A DNA stretch of 61,618 nucleotides, filler included, from Fonticula-like sp. SCN 57-25 (taxonomy: Eukaryota): assembly GCA_001724245.1 (NCBI GenBank). It is 2 parts of 2 records of this genome, joined end to end, with 100 filler letters (N's around TTAATTAATTAA, not from the genome) between each part and the next. Parts side by side here need not be neighbours in the genome. Positions count along the whole stretch, not along the records: positions 1 to 31,719 come from MEDX01000048.1; positions 31,820 to 61,618 come from MEDX01000049.1. The stretch is one strand, 5' to 3'. How positions within the stretch are numbered: position 1 is the first letter of the stretch; each line of letters opens with the position of its first letter. Position numbers and translations under genes: made by a program. Positions 25,156 through 37,735 of the stretch are shown in pieces. The notes beneath the pieces were generated by a model that was not told the origin of the DNA, did no database searches, and saw nothing but the letters and a program-made list of their open reading frames with translations.

Positions 25156-28100
25156 ATGGCCTCCGTCGCGCCCACGGCCGAGGATCAAGGGTCGTCCCGC
25201 GGCGAGAGCTGGCTGGAGGTGCCGAGCGATCTCCCGCGATGGAAGCGCGTTCCTCCGCCGACGTCGCGGTGGTACAAGTGCGCGTCCGCGGCGAACCATT
25301 CTTTTTACGTGCATCGGCTGTCGCTCAAGTTCCATGATCCCGCCCTTGAGGACTACTACCACAAGGCCGTGACCGTGCCGAGCAAGCAGCGGATGCTCAA
25401 CACGTATCTGCTCATGTCGCTGCTTCAGAACTTATGGGCTATCATGTCGTTTGTGTGGCTCCCGGTGCACTATGCGAGCAACCCATTCACGTCAATCTAC
25501 CTTATAGTGCTGTCCTTGACGGCCACCATCACATGGTTCGTCTGCTTCCGGATCTTTGTCACCGGGCCATCATTTGCACACAAGTACGCCTCATTACGCT
25601 TGCCTTGGCCGGTGCACTAACCGCCGCGCGTGCTCGAACCTTGCTAGCCGCTGGATGCTGGATGTGATGAGAAGTGCCTTTTTCTTGCAGTGGGTGTGCG
25701 TGACCTACACGGGAATGCTGTGGACTACGACCATACCGCTGAATGACGGCGCGCGGTTCCAGGCGACCGCACTATACCTTTTATTGTATGTGGGTATCAC
25801 TTTTCTTTGCACGCCGCCGTTCTGCGTGCACGTCATCAACTCAGTCATTTGTACCACCTTTTTCGCGGTCTCGCTTGGGCATTCGTTCAGGATCATAGAG
25901 CCCGTCTGCGATCACGGGTTCATCTCGCTGGAAGACGTGAAAATGTGCGTTATTTTAAAAATGTTGTCGTGTCTTTTTGCGTATTTGCTAACGATGACTG
26001 CAGGGAGCGCATCATTTACGGCTCGTCGTACCACGGGCTTTTCTACTCGGCGATCATGTACCCGGTCACGATCGCCATTGTGTGCGCCGCCCAGACGTGG
26101 CAGCATGAGGTGCGCCCCGCTCCCCTTTGTGTCTGCGGCTCACCGCGGCCCGCGCAGATGTACCTTCGCAGCGCCATGGTCATCAACCTACACTCAAACC
26201 ACATGGCGCGCCAGCTTGAGCACGCGCGCAGCAACCAAAAGATGCTCTTTGAAAACATGTCGCACGATTTGCGCGACCCGCTTAACGTGATCGTTGGCCA
26301 GGCCGAGTTCCTGCTGCGCTCCAACTCGGAGGGGCCGGCGCTCAGGGCCGATGACGCGGTAGCGCTAGTGACCGCCGCCTCCCCGCCCGCCAGTGCGTCA
26401 CAAGTTCGCGCATTGGCTTTCGGATGGCTGACAAAGTATGGCATAGGTCGCACGGCGCGCAACGGCGCGCTCAAGAGCATCGTCCAGACCGCCTCGCACA
26501 TCAAGAACATGGCGGAGGACCTGCTCGAGCTAAGCAAGCTCGAGAGCGACGCCGTCCCTATTGTCATCTCGCAGTTTTCCGTCCTGGTACGAGCGCATAG
26601 TTTGCTGCCAGTGTCGCTGGGCATGTGCTGAATATGTTGCTAGCCGCTGGTGCTGGAGCAGATGAACAATCTCGGGGTGACGCTTCGTGCGCAGTCATCG
26701 CAGGTGACCGCCTGCGTGTACGCACTTTTCTTTCCTTTCCGTCCGCTGTGCTCACCGCCTCGTTCTATAGGTATATATCGCAGCGTGCTGAGCGCGTGGT
26801 TTACGGCGCGCTTGTTCGCCTGCGCCAGGTGCTGACCAACCTTATGTCCAATGCGACAAAGTTCAACAGCGTTGCCGGCGAGGTGGCGCTCGTGGTGGAC
26901 GTGGTGAAGGAGGGCGGCCACTCGGTTGCCTTCCTCTTCCAGGTGTACGACACTGGATCTGGGATTGCCAAGGAGGACATGTCCAAGCTGTTCAACCGCT
27001 ACGCTCAATTTTCGGCGTCCGGGAGCAGCGTCGGATTTGGCCTCGGCCTGGCGGGCTGCCGCATCCTCGTGTCGCACATGCGCGGCACGGTGCTTGTCGA
27101 CAGCGAGGAGGGCAAGGGGTCGTGCTTTTCGGTGATGCTGCCCTTTGAGCTCGAGCGCATCAACGGCCGCGGGTCGGCGTGGTCGATCGAGACCATTGAC
27201 AAGTCTGTGTTTGACCCGCAGCACGTCGTTGGCGAGAGCGGCATCACGCTCGGCGGCCTACGCTCGCACTGGCTGTATCCAAAGTGCGCGGTTGACATGC
27301 TGCTGGAGTCGGGGCCGTCCATGGAGGACCGCCCGCTTGCGTTCGTCAACAAGCTGTGCATCCTTGTCGACGCTCGGCCGCTGTCGTCAATGTGCCTCGA
27401 GCTCTACCTCAAGGACTTTAAAAAGATCGTGCGGTACGCGCCAACAAACGACGACGCGCTCGACACGGCAGAGAGGCTGCTCGAGCTTTCGCATACCAAC
27501 ATGTCGAGCGTATGCTTTATCTTTACGTGGTGTGACCGCCGATCGGTACGACCCCATGCTGTTGCTGTAGAAATACTAACGCTGCTGTTTTCGGTCGCAC
27601 AGCTCGGGGAGGCTGAGAGCATCGACGCGGGAGAGTTGCCGGTCGTGCGCGCGATCAAGGCGAACCCCATCCTATTTAATCGAGGTACGCCGCGCCGCCG
27701 CTCGATGCGCGATTAGCTAACGAGCGCCACAGTGCACTGCGTCGTCATGGTCCCCCCGATGGTCTCGGTCGTTCCCGACGCGGCACTCGACTGGGTGAGC
27801 GTGTTCCACGTGCCCCTCTCGCGGTCAAACCTGTCGTCTTTGTTTGACGACCCGGCGAGCACGTCGATCGCCGAGGTGCCGAGGCGACGCAACAGCGCGC
27901 CCGACGACGACGAGCCGACCATGAACGCCGACGTGAGCCGCAAGGTGCGCTGAATGCATGTGGGTATGTTGTATGGTTGCTGATGGGTTGGCGTGCAGCT
28001 CGCTGGCCTCACCGTGCTCATCGTGGAGGACAACCCGGTCAACCAAGCGCTGGCGGATTCGATCCTTACGTCGGTAGGGATGACGACCGTCCTCGCCGAC

Positions 28101-28499
28101 AATGGCTACTCGGTACGTCGCCTTGTGCCGCGTGCGGCTTGGCTGACATGTTGGCGGCTGTGCAGGCGATAGAAAAGTGCCGCAGTGGCAAGATTGATAT
28201 TGTGCTGATGGATTGGAAGCTTAATGGAGACGTCGATGGCGTCGAGGCCGCGCGGCGGATCAGGGCCAACGAAAAGGAATTCTCGTTGCCCCATGTACAT
28301 ATCCTCGGAGTAACGGGTGCGCCTTGCTCACGATGGCTGGCTGTTTGCTCACCGGTGCCTCTCGCTAGCCAATGCATTCACGCACCACACGGACCTCGCG
28401 ATGGCGGCGGGTATGGACGACGTGCTGCTCAAGCCTTACCATACCGAGCAGCTGCTCGCCGCGATGGCGAACTTTGTCCCGGACCTAATTAGTATATGA
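25156..28499 (+). CDS. Membrane-bound hybrid histidine kinase (multi-TM + HisKA + HATPase + degenerate REC + REC)
   Basis: H-box NMSHDLRDPLN, N-box RLRQVLTNLMSNATKF, G1 VYDTGSGI, G2 GFGLGLA, and a receiver with VLIVEDNPVN, IVLMDW and GMDDVLLKP. Confidence 0.9.
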
Positions 28500-28799
28500 T
28501 GCTTCTGATGTATAATATGTTGTACTTGTAGAACTGGTAAGCTTTTTTTTCTATTTGTTGTCGTTTTGAGGTTTTCTCGTTTTTTGTTGGCTTTTTTGCT
28601 GCAATGCATTGCAAGACACGCGTTCGCGCTGTCAAATATTCAATATAATTTGGGGCTATGATGAGGAACCAATCAGATCGGCTGCAGCCAGATTGTCGAC
28701 CAATCAGGATAATTCAATAACCATGACAAACTAGCTCCACGTGGAAACGGCGACGACCACTTACCACGACACCAGCTCCCCAGCAAGCGGCCGTTTGAC

Positions 28800-29996
<1,197 letters not shown>

Positions 29997-30145
29997 TAGT
30001 AACAAAACGGCATGTGTTTAATGAAGAGCTTTTACTTTCGTGTTATTTTCATTGTTCGCAGAGCTCTCAACAGAATGTGTCGTATGATAAGGAATACTGT
30101 ACTATACTGGTACTTCACCCATTCACACCCACATTCATATTCGAC

Positions 30146-30151
30146 AAAAAA
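30146..30151 (-). terminator. Pol III oligo-dT terminator of the RNase P RNA
   Basis: T6 run on the minus strand a few nt after the 3' strand of P1. Confidence 0.7.
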
Positions 30152-30155
30152 GAAA

Positions 30156-30597
30156 GAGTAGTCGTGTATGCCCCCCCCGCCACGAGAGTAGTCTGAATTG
30201 AGTTGTAGGGCTCCTCCCCCGGGCTCGCACCCGGGCGACTCGCCCCACCTCGCGTATTGAACTAGCAGGATTTCGCCAGTGGGCATGCACATTTCAGAGC
30301 ATACGGGCCTTCAAGGCTCCCGCCATCAGGCGCGCAGAGAGGCGTCAACGGCCACGTGGGCCGCGTCCACCGCCAATCCCGCGTCGCCCTCAGGGAACCG
30401 ACCCACACCATTGGGCACACGGCCCGTTGCTGGTTACCCACCTTCCGCCAATGGCGGAACCATTCCTCACGAATGGCTGGGGTGGCTTCTCTCAGACCTT
30501 CACCAGGGGTGGGTGGGTGGGAGGAGGACCCCTCCCCGTTCGTTTTCCCCTATGAACCGAGCTTCGCGACGGAGGGGGGGAATACACAGACTACCCC
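30156..30597 (-). ncRNA. RPR1: Nuclear RNase P RNA
   Basis: On the minus strand: CR-I GAAGGUCUGAG (30501-30491), CR-IV-like AGUUCAAU (~30264-30256) and CR-V ACUCAAUUCAGACUACUCUC (~30203-30184). CR-I and CR-V pair as P4. The 5' GUAGUC-UGUGUAU-C7 pairs with the 3' G8-AUACAC-GACUAC as a long P1. Confidence 0.92.
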
Positions 30598-30618
30598 CGG
30601 ATAACGCGTGCGATTCGC

Positions 30619-30626
30619 TTATATAG
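30619..30626 (-). promoter_or_regulatory. TATA box of the RNase P RNA gene
   Basis: CTATATAA on the minus strand ~25 nt upstream of the P1 5' end, with a CCAAT box at ~30635. Confidence 0.65.
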
Positions 30627-30705
30627 GGAGCAGGCCAATCCGCGCGCGGAATTGTGGGATTACCTGTGACTGAGGAGCGGTTCGCTGACACCCAAAGTGC
30701 GCACC

Positions 30706-31678
30706 ATGGTCGTCGTAAGGTCGCCGGATATCAAGGCGACGCCGCACGCGCACGGCGGCGACGTCATGAAGAATGTGCGAATAGGGGAAGGGAGGAGAGA
30801 GAAGAAGGTATTGGTATAGTGGCGGCAGCTGACAGGATGGGGTAGGTCGCCGTGATACTCAAGGGAGCCCTGGCCGCCATGAAGCAGAACGACAAGCACG
30901 TGTACGCGGAGGCGGACGCCTTTCGTGTGAGGGCCTGCAACAGGGACGACGTTGAAGTGACAGGTACCGCCGCGCGAATCCCAACCCGCGAACGCACGAT
31001 GTGCTGATCGCTGCTTTACAGCCAAGTTGTTCCTCAATACGCTCGACCCATCGCTAGTGACGTCAGCCATCTCAGAGCTCTGTAGTCAGCTCGGGATCAC
31101 CTACATTGACGTCGTCGTTCTGGCTGTGAATGGACCGTCGGGCGTGGGCGGGTCGCCCGCGCCGCTCGACGCCTCGTTTCTCGCCGATTTTACTCCCGTC
31201 TGGAAGGTGCGACCCCGGATGACAAATCGACCGGCCGCAGGAATCAAGTATACTGATGCACGCGCATAGGCGGCGGCAGAATTGAAGAAGAGCCGCCGCA
31301 TTCTCAACCTTGGACTTGCCGATTTTGGTGCCCTCCAGTTGGAACAGCTGGTGAATCACCTTGGCGATCACCCCGATGTCAATCAGGTCAACATTGACCA
31401 GTGCTGCTTGGTGCCGCGCGATCTCAACGACTTTGCTATGACGCACGGCATTACGCTTCTTACACACAGCGACCCTGTCCGTACGGCCCTCTCCTTTCTG
31501 CCGCTCGCGCTTTAACGTGTATCTGCTAGACGTGTTGCCGTCCGCTGAGCTCGACAGCATCCTGCGCGAGCACGGCGACATCTCGAACGACCAGCACGCC
31601 CAATGGCTCATGCGCCACTCGTCTGTTGACCAGACGCGTGGTGTGGTGCTTGAAAAGGGCTGGCTCCTGGGCGCCTAA
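30706..31678 (+). CDS. GCLM: Glutamate-cysteine ligase modifier subunit
   Basis: HGGDVMKN, RDDVEVT/AKLFL, LGITYIDVVVLA, LGLADF, NQVNIDQCCLVPRDL..GITLLTHSDP and TRGVVLEKGW, all typical of GCLM. Confidence 0.85.
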
Positions 31679-31719
31679 CCTATTCTCAGTTTGGCTTTAT
31701 ATTCTATATTCTTAATGCA

Positions 31720-31819
31720 NNNNNNNNNNNNNNNNNNNNNNNNNNNNNNNNNNNNNNNNNNNNTTAATTAATTAANNNNNNNNNNNNNNNNNNNNNNNNN
31801 NNNNNNNNNNNNNNNNNNN
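31720..31819. other. Artificial contig-joining spacer (N44-TTAATTAATTAA-N44)
   Basis: Symmetric N runs around a 12-mer (31764-31775) that has stops in all six frames; total length 100 nt. Confidence 0.97.
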
Positions 31820-34036
31820 CATAATATCGCGAATCTGGGTCATCTCCGAGCGCACGGAATGGCCAAAGAGAAGCGCGTCGCCGGCCGTCGGCTTGGAAAA
31901 GCCGCACAGAATGTTGATGGTGGTCGACTTGCCGGCACCGTTCTGGCCGAGCAGCGCGAGCAGCTTGCCCTGGCCAACGGTCCAGCTCGAGTTGTCAACG
32001 GCAATCTTGGTCTCGCCCGAGCCAAAGCGCGGCTTGTTGTACACCTTGCGCAGGCCGACAAGGCGGATGGCGGCGTCGGTGGAGCTATCGAGGGCGGCCT
32101 TGCGCTCCTCGTGGACGGCGGGGTCCTCGGACGAAGGATCAACCTCCGGCGGCACGGGAAGAACATACGGGCGCTTGAAATAGTCCAGGCCCCAGTACGA
32201 GGGCGTCAGGAAAAAGTAGAGCGGGCGGCGCTGGCCAAACTCATCTGGGATCACATTGTCGAAATACCTGGCGAGCATGTCAGAACACAAATCAAAGAGA
32301 AAAACTGCCGTACCAGGCCACGAGCGCGTAGAAGAAAATGTTCCACGTCATAAAGTAGAGCGACTGGGCCGGGATCGGCGGGTGGTACGTGGCGTTGGGG
32401 AGGGCCGTGGCGGGGATATCCTTGTACAGGTCGTCCCAGGTGAAGCCAACACCAGGCACGAGCGTCTGGGTAGCAAAGCTAAACTTGCCGTTGGCGAGCG
32501 TGGAAATATCGACAAAGAGCTTGCCGAAGTTAAAGAAGGGGAGGAACATGAGAACGATCCAGCCGGCCTTGTCGGTCGAATCCTGCCACCAAATGTAGCC
32601 GACGTAGGTCGACGAGAACACGGCAAGCATGAAAATAAGACCGATGATGAGGACAAAGATGCCGAGCAGGACAGCCGACCGCGCCTGGCGGACCCACGTC
32701 GAGAGGAAGAACGCCATGGTGGTCATCGCCAGCTGGAAGACAAAGAAGAGCAGGAAGACGACGCCAAAGTCGGTGTTGACAAAAAAGTCAAAGCCAAACG
32801 CAACGCCAAACGCGCACGTCACGAGCGAGTTGGGGATGATGATCAGGAGGTTGGTCAGGAACCAGCTGAGCCAGTACGTCGACGGCTGCAGGCCCATCAT
32901 CTCCATCGCATGGCGGAGACGTTGCTCCTTTTCAGTGACAATCGAGTTGAGCAGGATGATAAAGTTGACCATGGCGCCGCAGAAAAAGAAGACGGGCGCC
33001 GATGCCGTCACAACAAGGTCAGAGATGCCGCCAGAGGCGAGCCCAGGCCAGTCCTTGAGCTGAACATCCATCTCCATCGAGCTTCCAGAGGCAACGCGCA
33101 CTATGGCACAACGTCAGTAATGGCTAAAAAGATGAAAAGTCGCGCACTGATCGCCTCGTCAAGGCCGCGCATGATCTGCATCATGGTGCGGTCGTAAGGA
33201 TCCGTCACGGACAGCGTCGAGTTGGTCGTCGCCGACGAGTTGTACCAGACCTGGTAGCGGTAGTCGTCGCCGGTAATGTTAAACACAACACCTGTTCAAG
33301 GGTTAGATTTGTACAAAAAGAAAGGAACGAGCGCACCAAACTGGGTCACGTTGGGGTGGGCGAGCGCATAGTCAGAGATGAACTGGTCGCCGGGCACGCC
33401 GACGATGCCCAAGTTGTCCGTAGGGAGATCCATAGCTAAACCAAAATTAACTCGTGCACACACAAGCGCGGCAAAAGCGCAGCCACGTACTGAGCAGAGG
33501 GGTCGGGCTGACGGGCGTGTTGTAGCCGCGCTCCAGATTAGCCGCTGCAAATGCGGTCATCACGTTCGTGGCAGCGGGATCGTTGTAGGGCGAGTACATG
33601 ATGCTGATACAGGGAAGTTTACCGATGGCCTGCGCGCTAAAGTTAGCACTGGAAATCAAGGCGCGCGCGTCGCACAGTGCAAGGGGCGAGGCCGCCGAGC
33701 GGGTAGGACAGAGGATGGGCATTGACGACCTGCTCGGACGCCTTGGCGCCCTCCTGGAGGATGTACAACAGCAAAAGGAAGAAAAGCGGCGAGATGATCT
33801 GCAGGATGGTCGACGTGTAGTAGCGGCGCCACTGTGATCGCGCGCGTGAGCCACCCGGCATCCAAGAGGAAAGCGCGCGAACGTACCGACAGGGTAAGGT
33901 TCTTCATGATGAGGACGTAGAGCTGACGCGCCCACCTGCGAGGCTTGCTCGCCTCAGCCGGCGGCCGAGGCACAAACTTGCCCGCGCCGTCGGCGTCGCG
34001 GGTCGCCGCATCGAGCATTTCAATGGTCGACGCCAT
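31820..34036 (-). CDS. ABCA-subfamily transporter, 3'-truncated by the gap
   Basis: QLYVLIMKNLTL, IVTEKEQRLRHAMEMMGL, a TM bundle, LYFFLTPSYW and Walker A LLGQNGAGKSTT. Runs into the Ns. Confidence 0.92.
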
Positions 34037-34339
34037 GGACTTGAAGCGATCAAAGTCCTCGTGCGAGCGAGTTCAGCGAAATTCCACTGATAAACACGCT
34101 TCCATCGGCGTTATCAAGTGATTCGTTCACCATCTGATCCTTTTCCAGCTGGAACGAACGTGATTGGTCGGATAGCTCGATCGTGGCCGAAATTGGGCGG
34201 TCCAGGCGGTGGCAAAGGCAAACTGAGAAATCGATATCAGAAGGTAGTTCGCGGGATCGTCCTTGGCCGCATACTTTACTTTGCCTCGTGCTGATCGACG
34301 CCTCGACACTTGTCTCGGTTGTTTATTCGCACACACGAA

Positions 34340-37300
34340 ATGGGCGATAAGGGCGACGCGAGAGCGTCCGCCACTGTGATGGAAATGACAGAGGTCGACG
34401 CGCCGTCCGGCAAGGGCATGTCTGTCTACGAGGGCGAGCGCAAGTCGTACCAGGCGCGCGCGCTCATCCGCAAGACCCTCTCCTACCAGAAGCGCCAGAC
34501 TTGCACCAACGTTTGCTGCGTGCTCGCCTGCCCGCTCCTGCTTGTCGCTATTTGCGGTATTCTTGGCGTGGTGGTCGCTGCGCTCATCTCCAACTCGAAT
34601 CCCGTCATCGACGTCCAGTACTGCTCGCCCAACGCCAAGGTGGACCCCAACACGCTCCTGCCCGGCCAGCCCGCGCAGGACGCCGACGGTCGTTACCTTT
34701 ACGGCTACAACCCCCGCGGCGAGTGCGTTCTCCAGCTCTCTCGCGATTCCTTTGAAAGCCTGCCCTACACCCCGACCACGAACCCGACTTGCGACCCGCG
34801 CGCCAACCCCGAGCTGTGCCCGCTCAGCCCTCCGTACGACACTGCGCCGGTTGCTCATGGATGGTATGACTAATGCTCTGCTATAGCGCTTATGTGGCCG
34901 AGTCGGCTGTCGGTTTCATGCCCGATCCGGTTGCCAGCCCTACCTACGCCGCGATTAACTACGCCCGCGCCATCGCCAACCAGATCTACTTCCACGGTCT
35001 GTCGTCTGTCCCCGATGCTCTTAGCGCCATGATTGGCAGCAAGCCCAAGATCGAGCAGGTGTTCCACTTGTTTGATAACTCGTCGGTGCCGGAGAGCGGC
35101 AGCGGCCTTCTCGGCGGCCTGCCCAACGACTACTTTATCAACCCGAGGAACAAGTCCAACTACAACCCGGACCCGTCCCTTCAGCGCGTGCCTTTCTACG
35201 AACCCGTACGGACTTGACGCACACGTTTAAGGCTCTAACCATCGGTACACAGGTGACCGGTTCTGAGGAAGAGATTGACGACATCATGGCCGACATCATG
35301 CAGCGCGCCATTTACGACGTCATCAACATTCCCTACATTTCCACGAGGTGTGTTTTTGACTTTTGCTTCTTTTTTTGTGCTGACGGTTATTAGCCCCGAG
35401 TACACCGAGGCCGCGCAGACTATTCTCCGCCGCGTCCCGATGCTCTCCCTCATTTTCAAGGAGGCAGAGGCCGACCGCGTCGAGTACATCATCCAGGCCG
35501 GAAACAGCCGTCAGCTGCGCTCGCTGAGCGACTCTCGCAACGTCAAGGGCGGCGCCTACCCCGCCTACCCCACTGGTGGCCTTAACCAGCTCGTCCAGCA
35601 GAGCAAGATTGCCCAGTCGCTCGCTAGCATTCTCGGCGAAACCACCAACGTCAACTTTACGATTGCGCAGAGCTTCCGCGCCATGCCCGAGAACAGCAGC
35701 ACTGCGATTGCTTTTGCCGTCGGCTCGATTGTCGGCTCCATTCTCTACCCCTTCGCCGTCTCGTTCCTGCTGCCCATCTACGTGATCACGCTTGTGCGCG
35801 AGAAGGAGGAGCGCATCCTGATCATGATGAAGATGAACGGCCTCAAGCAGTGGGTGTACATCATGACCGAGTACATTCACTTTTACATCCTGCACATCTT
35901 GACGTCGTTTGTCTTTATCATTACGGGCGTCATCTGCCAGCTCGAGTTCTTTACCCAGACCGACCCCGGCGTGTACATTCTCCTCCTCTTTGTGTGGGGT
36001 CACGTCCAGGTCGCCATGGCCTTTTTCCTTGCCACCTTCTTCAACAAGGCGCGCACGGCCCTCGTGAGCGTTTTCCTGCTGGTGCTCGCCGGCGTCATCA
36101 TCAACGTGGCCATCAGCAGCCTCTTCCCCGATGACTCGACTCCCATCGCCTACTTTATCTACCCGCCGTTCGCCTTTTACCGCTCGCTGATTGTGATCAA
36201 CGCTGCGGCGTACTCGACCTCCACGCCGGCGTACACGATGAGCCTTGTCATCCCCGGCAACGACGTCTTTAACGCGCTCTGGTTCATGGTGTGGGAGTAC
36301 GCCGTGCTCGTGCTCGCCACCTTTTACCTTGTCAACGTGCTGCCGTCCGAGTTTGGCGTCCGCCGCCCGTGGCACTTCCCCGTGTCGGTCACCTACAAGG
36401 CCATCCGCCGCCGCCTGGGCTACGAGCCCGAGAACGACTTTGGCTCCAAGTCGACCGACCTTACGCTCGACGGCGAGGACGACGACGTGCGCGCTGAGCG
36501 CGACCGCGTGTTCCGCAACGAGTACCCGTCGGACGCCCCCGTTGTGCTCAAGGACATGCGCAAGGTCTTCCCGCAAAAGACGGCCGTCAAGGGCGCGTCC
36601 TTTGCGCTCGAGTCCAACCTCGTCTTTGGCCTGCTCGGCCCGAACGGCGCCGGCAAGACGACGCTCATCAACATTCTCACTGGCCTCTACGAGTCGTCCT
36701 CGGGCGCCGCTTTCCTCGCCGGCCACCGCGTCGGCCTCGACATGCGCAACGTCTACATGAACATTGGTGTTTGCCCGCAGCACGACATTCTCTGGGGCGA
36801 CCTCACCGTCGAGGAGCACCTGCTCTTCTACGCCCGCCTCAAGGGTATCCCGCCGGCCGAGGAGCCCGCCACCGTCGACGAGGCCCTCGAGACCGTTGGC
36901 CTGCAAAAGTTCCGCACGCGCCTTTCCAAGGGCCTCTCTGGAGGCGAGAAGCGCCGCCTCTCGATCGCCATCGCCGTCATCGGCCGCGGCAAGGTCATCT
37001 TCCTCGACGAGCCCACCGTACGCACAACTCATATTTATACTTTTGCCGTTTTCTAACATGCCCTTTCTTTTGCCAGACCGGTCTTGACCCCGAAGTGCGC
37101 CGCCTTGTGTGGAACATTATCCAGAAGCAGCGCAGCGGCCGCACGGTCATTCTGACGACGCACTCTATGGAGGAGGCCGAGGTGCTGTGCCAGCGCATCG
37201 CCATCATGGCCAAGGGCACGCTCCGCTGCATTGGCCCGCAGGTCCGCCTCAAGAACCTCTACGGCTCGGGCTTCCGGATATCGTTCTCGTGCACGCCCGG

Positions 37301-37544
37301 CGACCGCGAGCGCGCCATGGGCTACGTCGAGAAGCTGCTGCCCGTCGGGTACAACCTTTTGCCGTCCTTTGCCACGTCCATCAGCTACGAGTTCCCCAAG
37401 GCTGACAACATCATTGCGTCGCTCTTTGCCGAGCTCGGCCAGAACAGCAAGAGCAACGGCATCATCGACTGGGGCATCTCGCAGACCAGCCTCGAGGAGG
37501 TCTTTGTCCACGTTATCGGAAATACCGACGCCGAGGCTGATTAG
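34340..37544 (+). CDS. Half-size ABCA transporter (TMD-NBD)
   Basis: QARALIRKTLSYQKRQ, Cys-rich exodomain, LVREKEERILIMMKMNGL, GPNGAGKTT, LSGGEKRRLS, IFLDEPT/TGLDP, LTTHSMEEA and TSLEEVF. Only one NBD before the stop. Confidence 0.94.
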
Positions 37545-37735
37545 CCGCGCATGTCTTTTTTGCAGCTATTCATTTTTTATGCGTATCTCTTGTCATGTTA
37601 ACTCTTTGTTTTGCACACAATTGACGAATATTACTTGTCTATATTTACACGCTTTGACCCTTCCCGTACACAGCCCAGCGGCATCAACATACAAAGCCAA
37701 CGCAAAAAAAAGTTCCCACGACAGTTTTCGCCCAC

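Noticed and set aside
30279-30691. Short ORFs over the RNase P region
   Set aside because: Better explained by the structured ncRNA, and they have no protein motifs.
31720-31819. Palindromic TTAATTAATTAA inside the N run as a biological site
   Set aside because: It is a symmetric six-frame-stop linker added during scaffolding. It also means adjacency across it is unverified.
35323-37059. Long antisense ORFs (also 55709-57019, 40369-41244, 29172-30005, 484-1419)
   Set aside because: They are shadows of real genes with strong GC3 codon bias and have no recognisable motifs.
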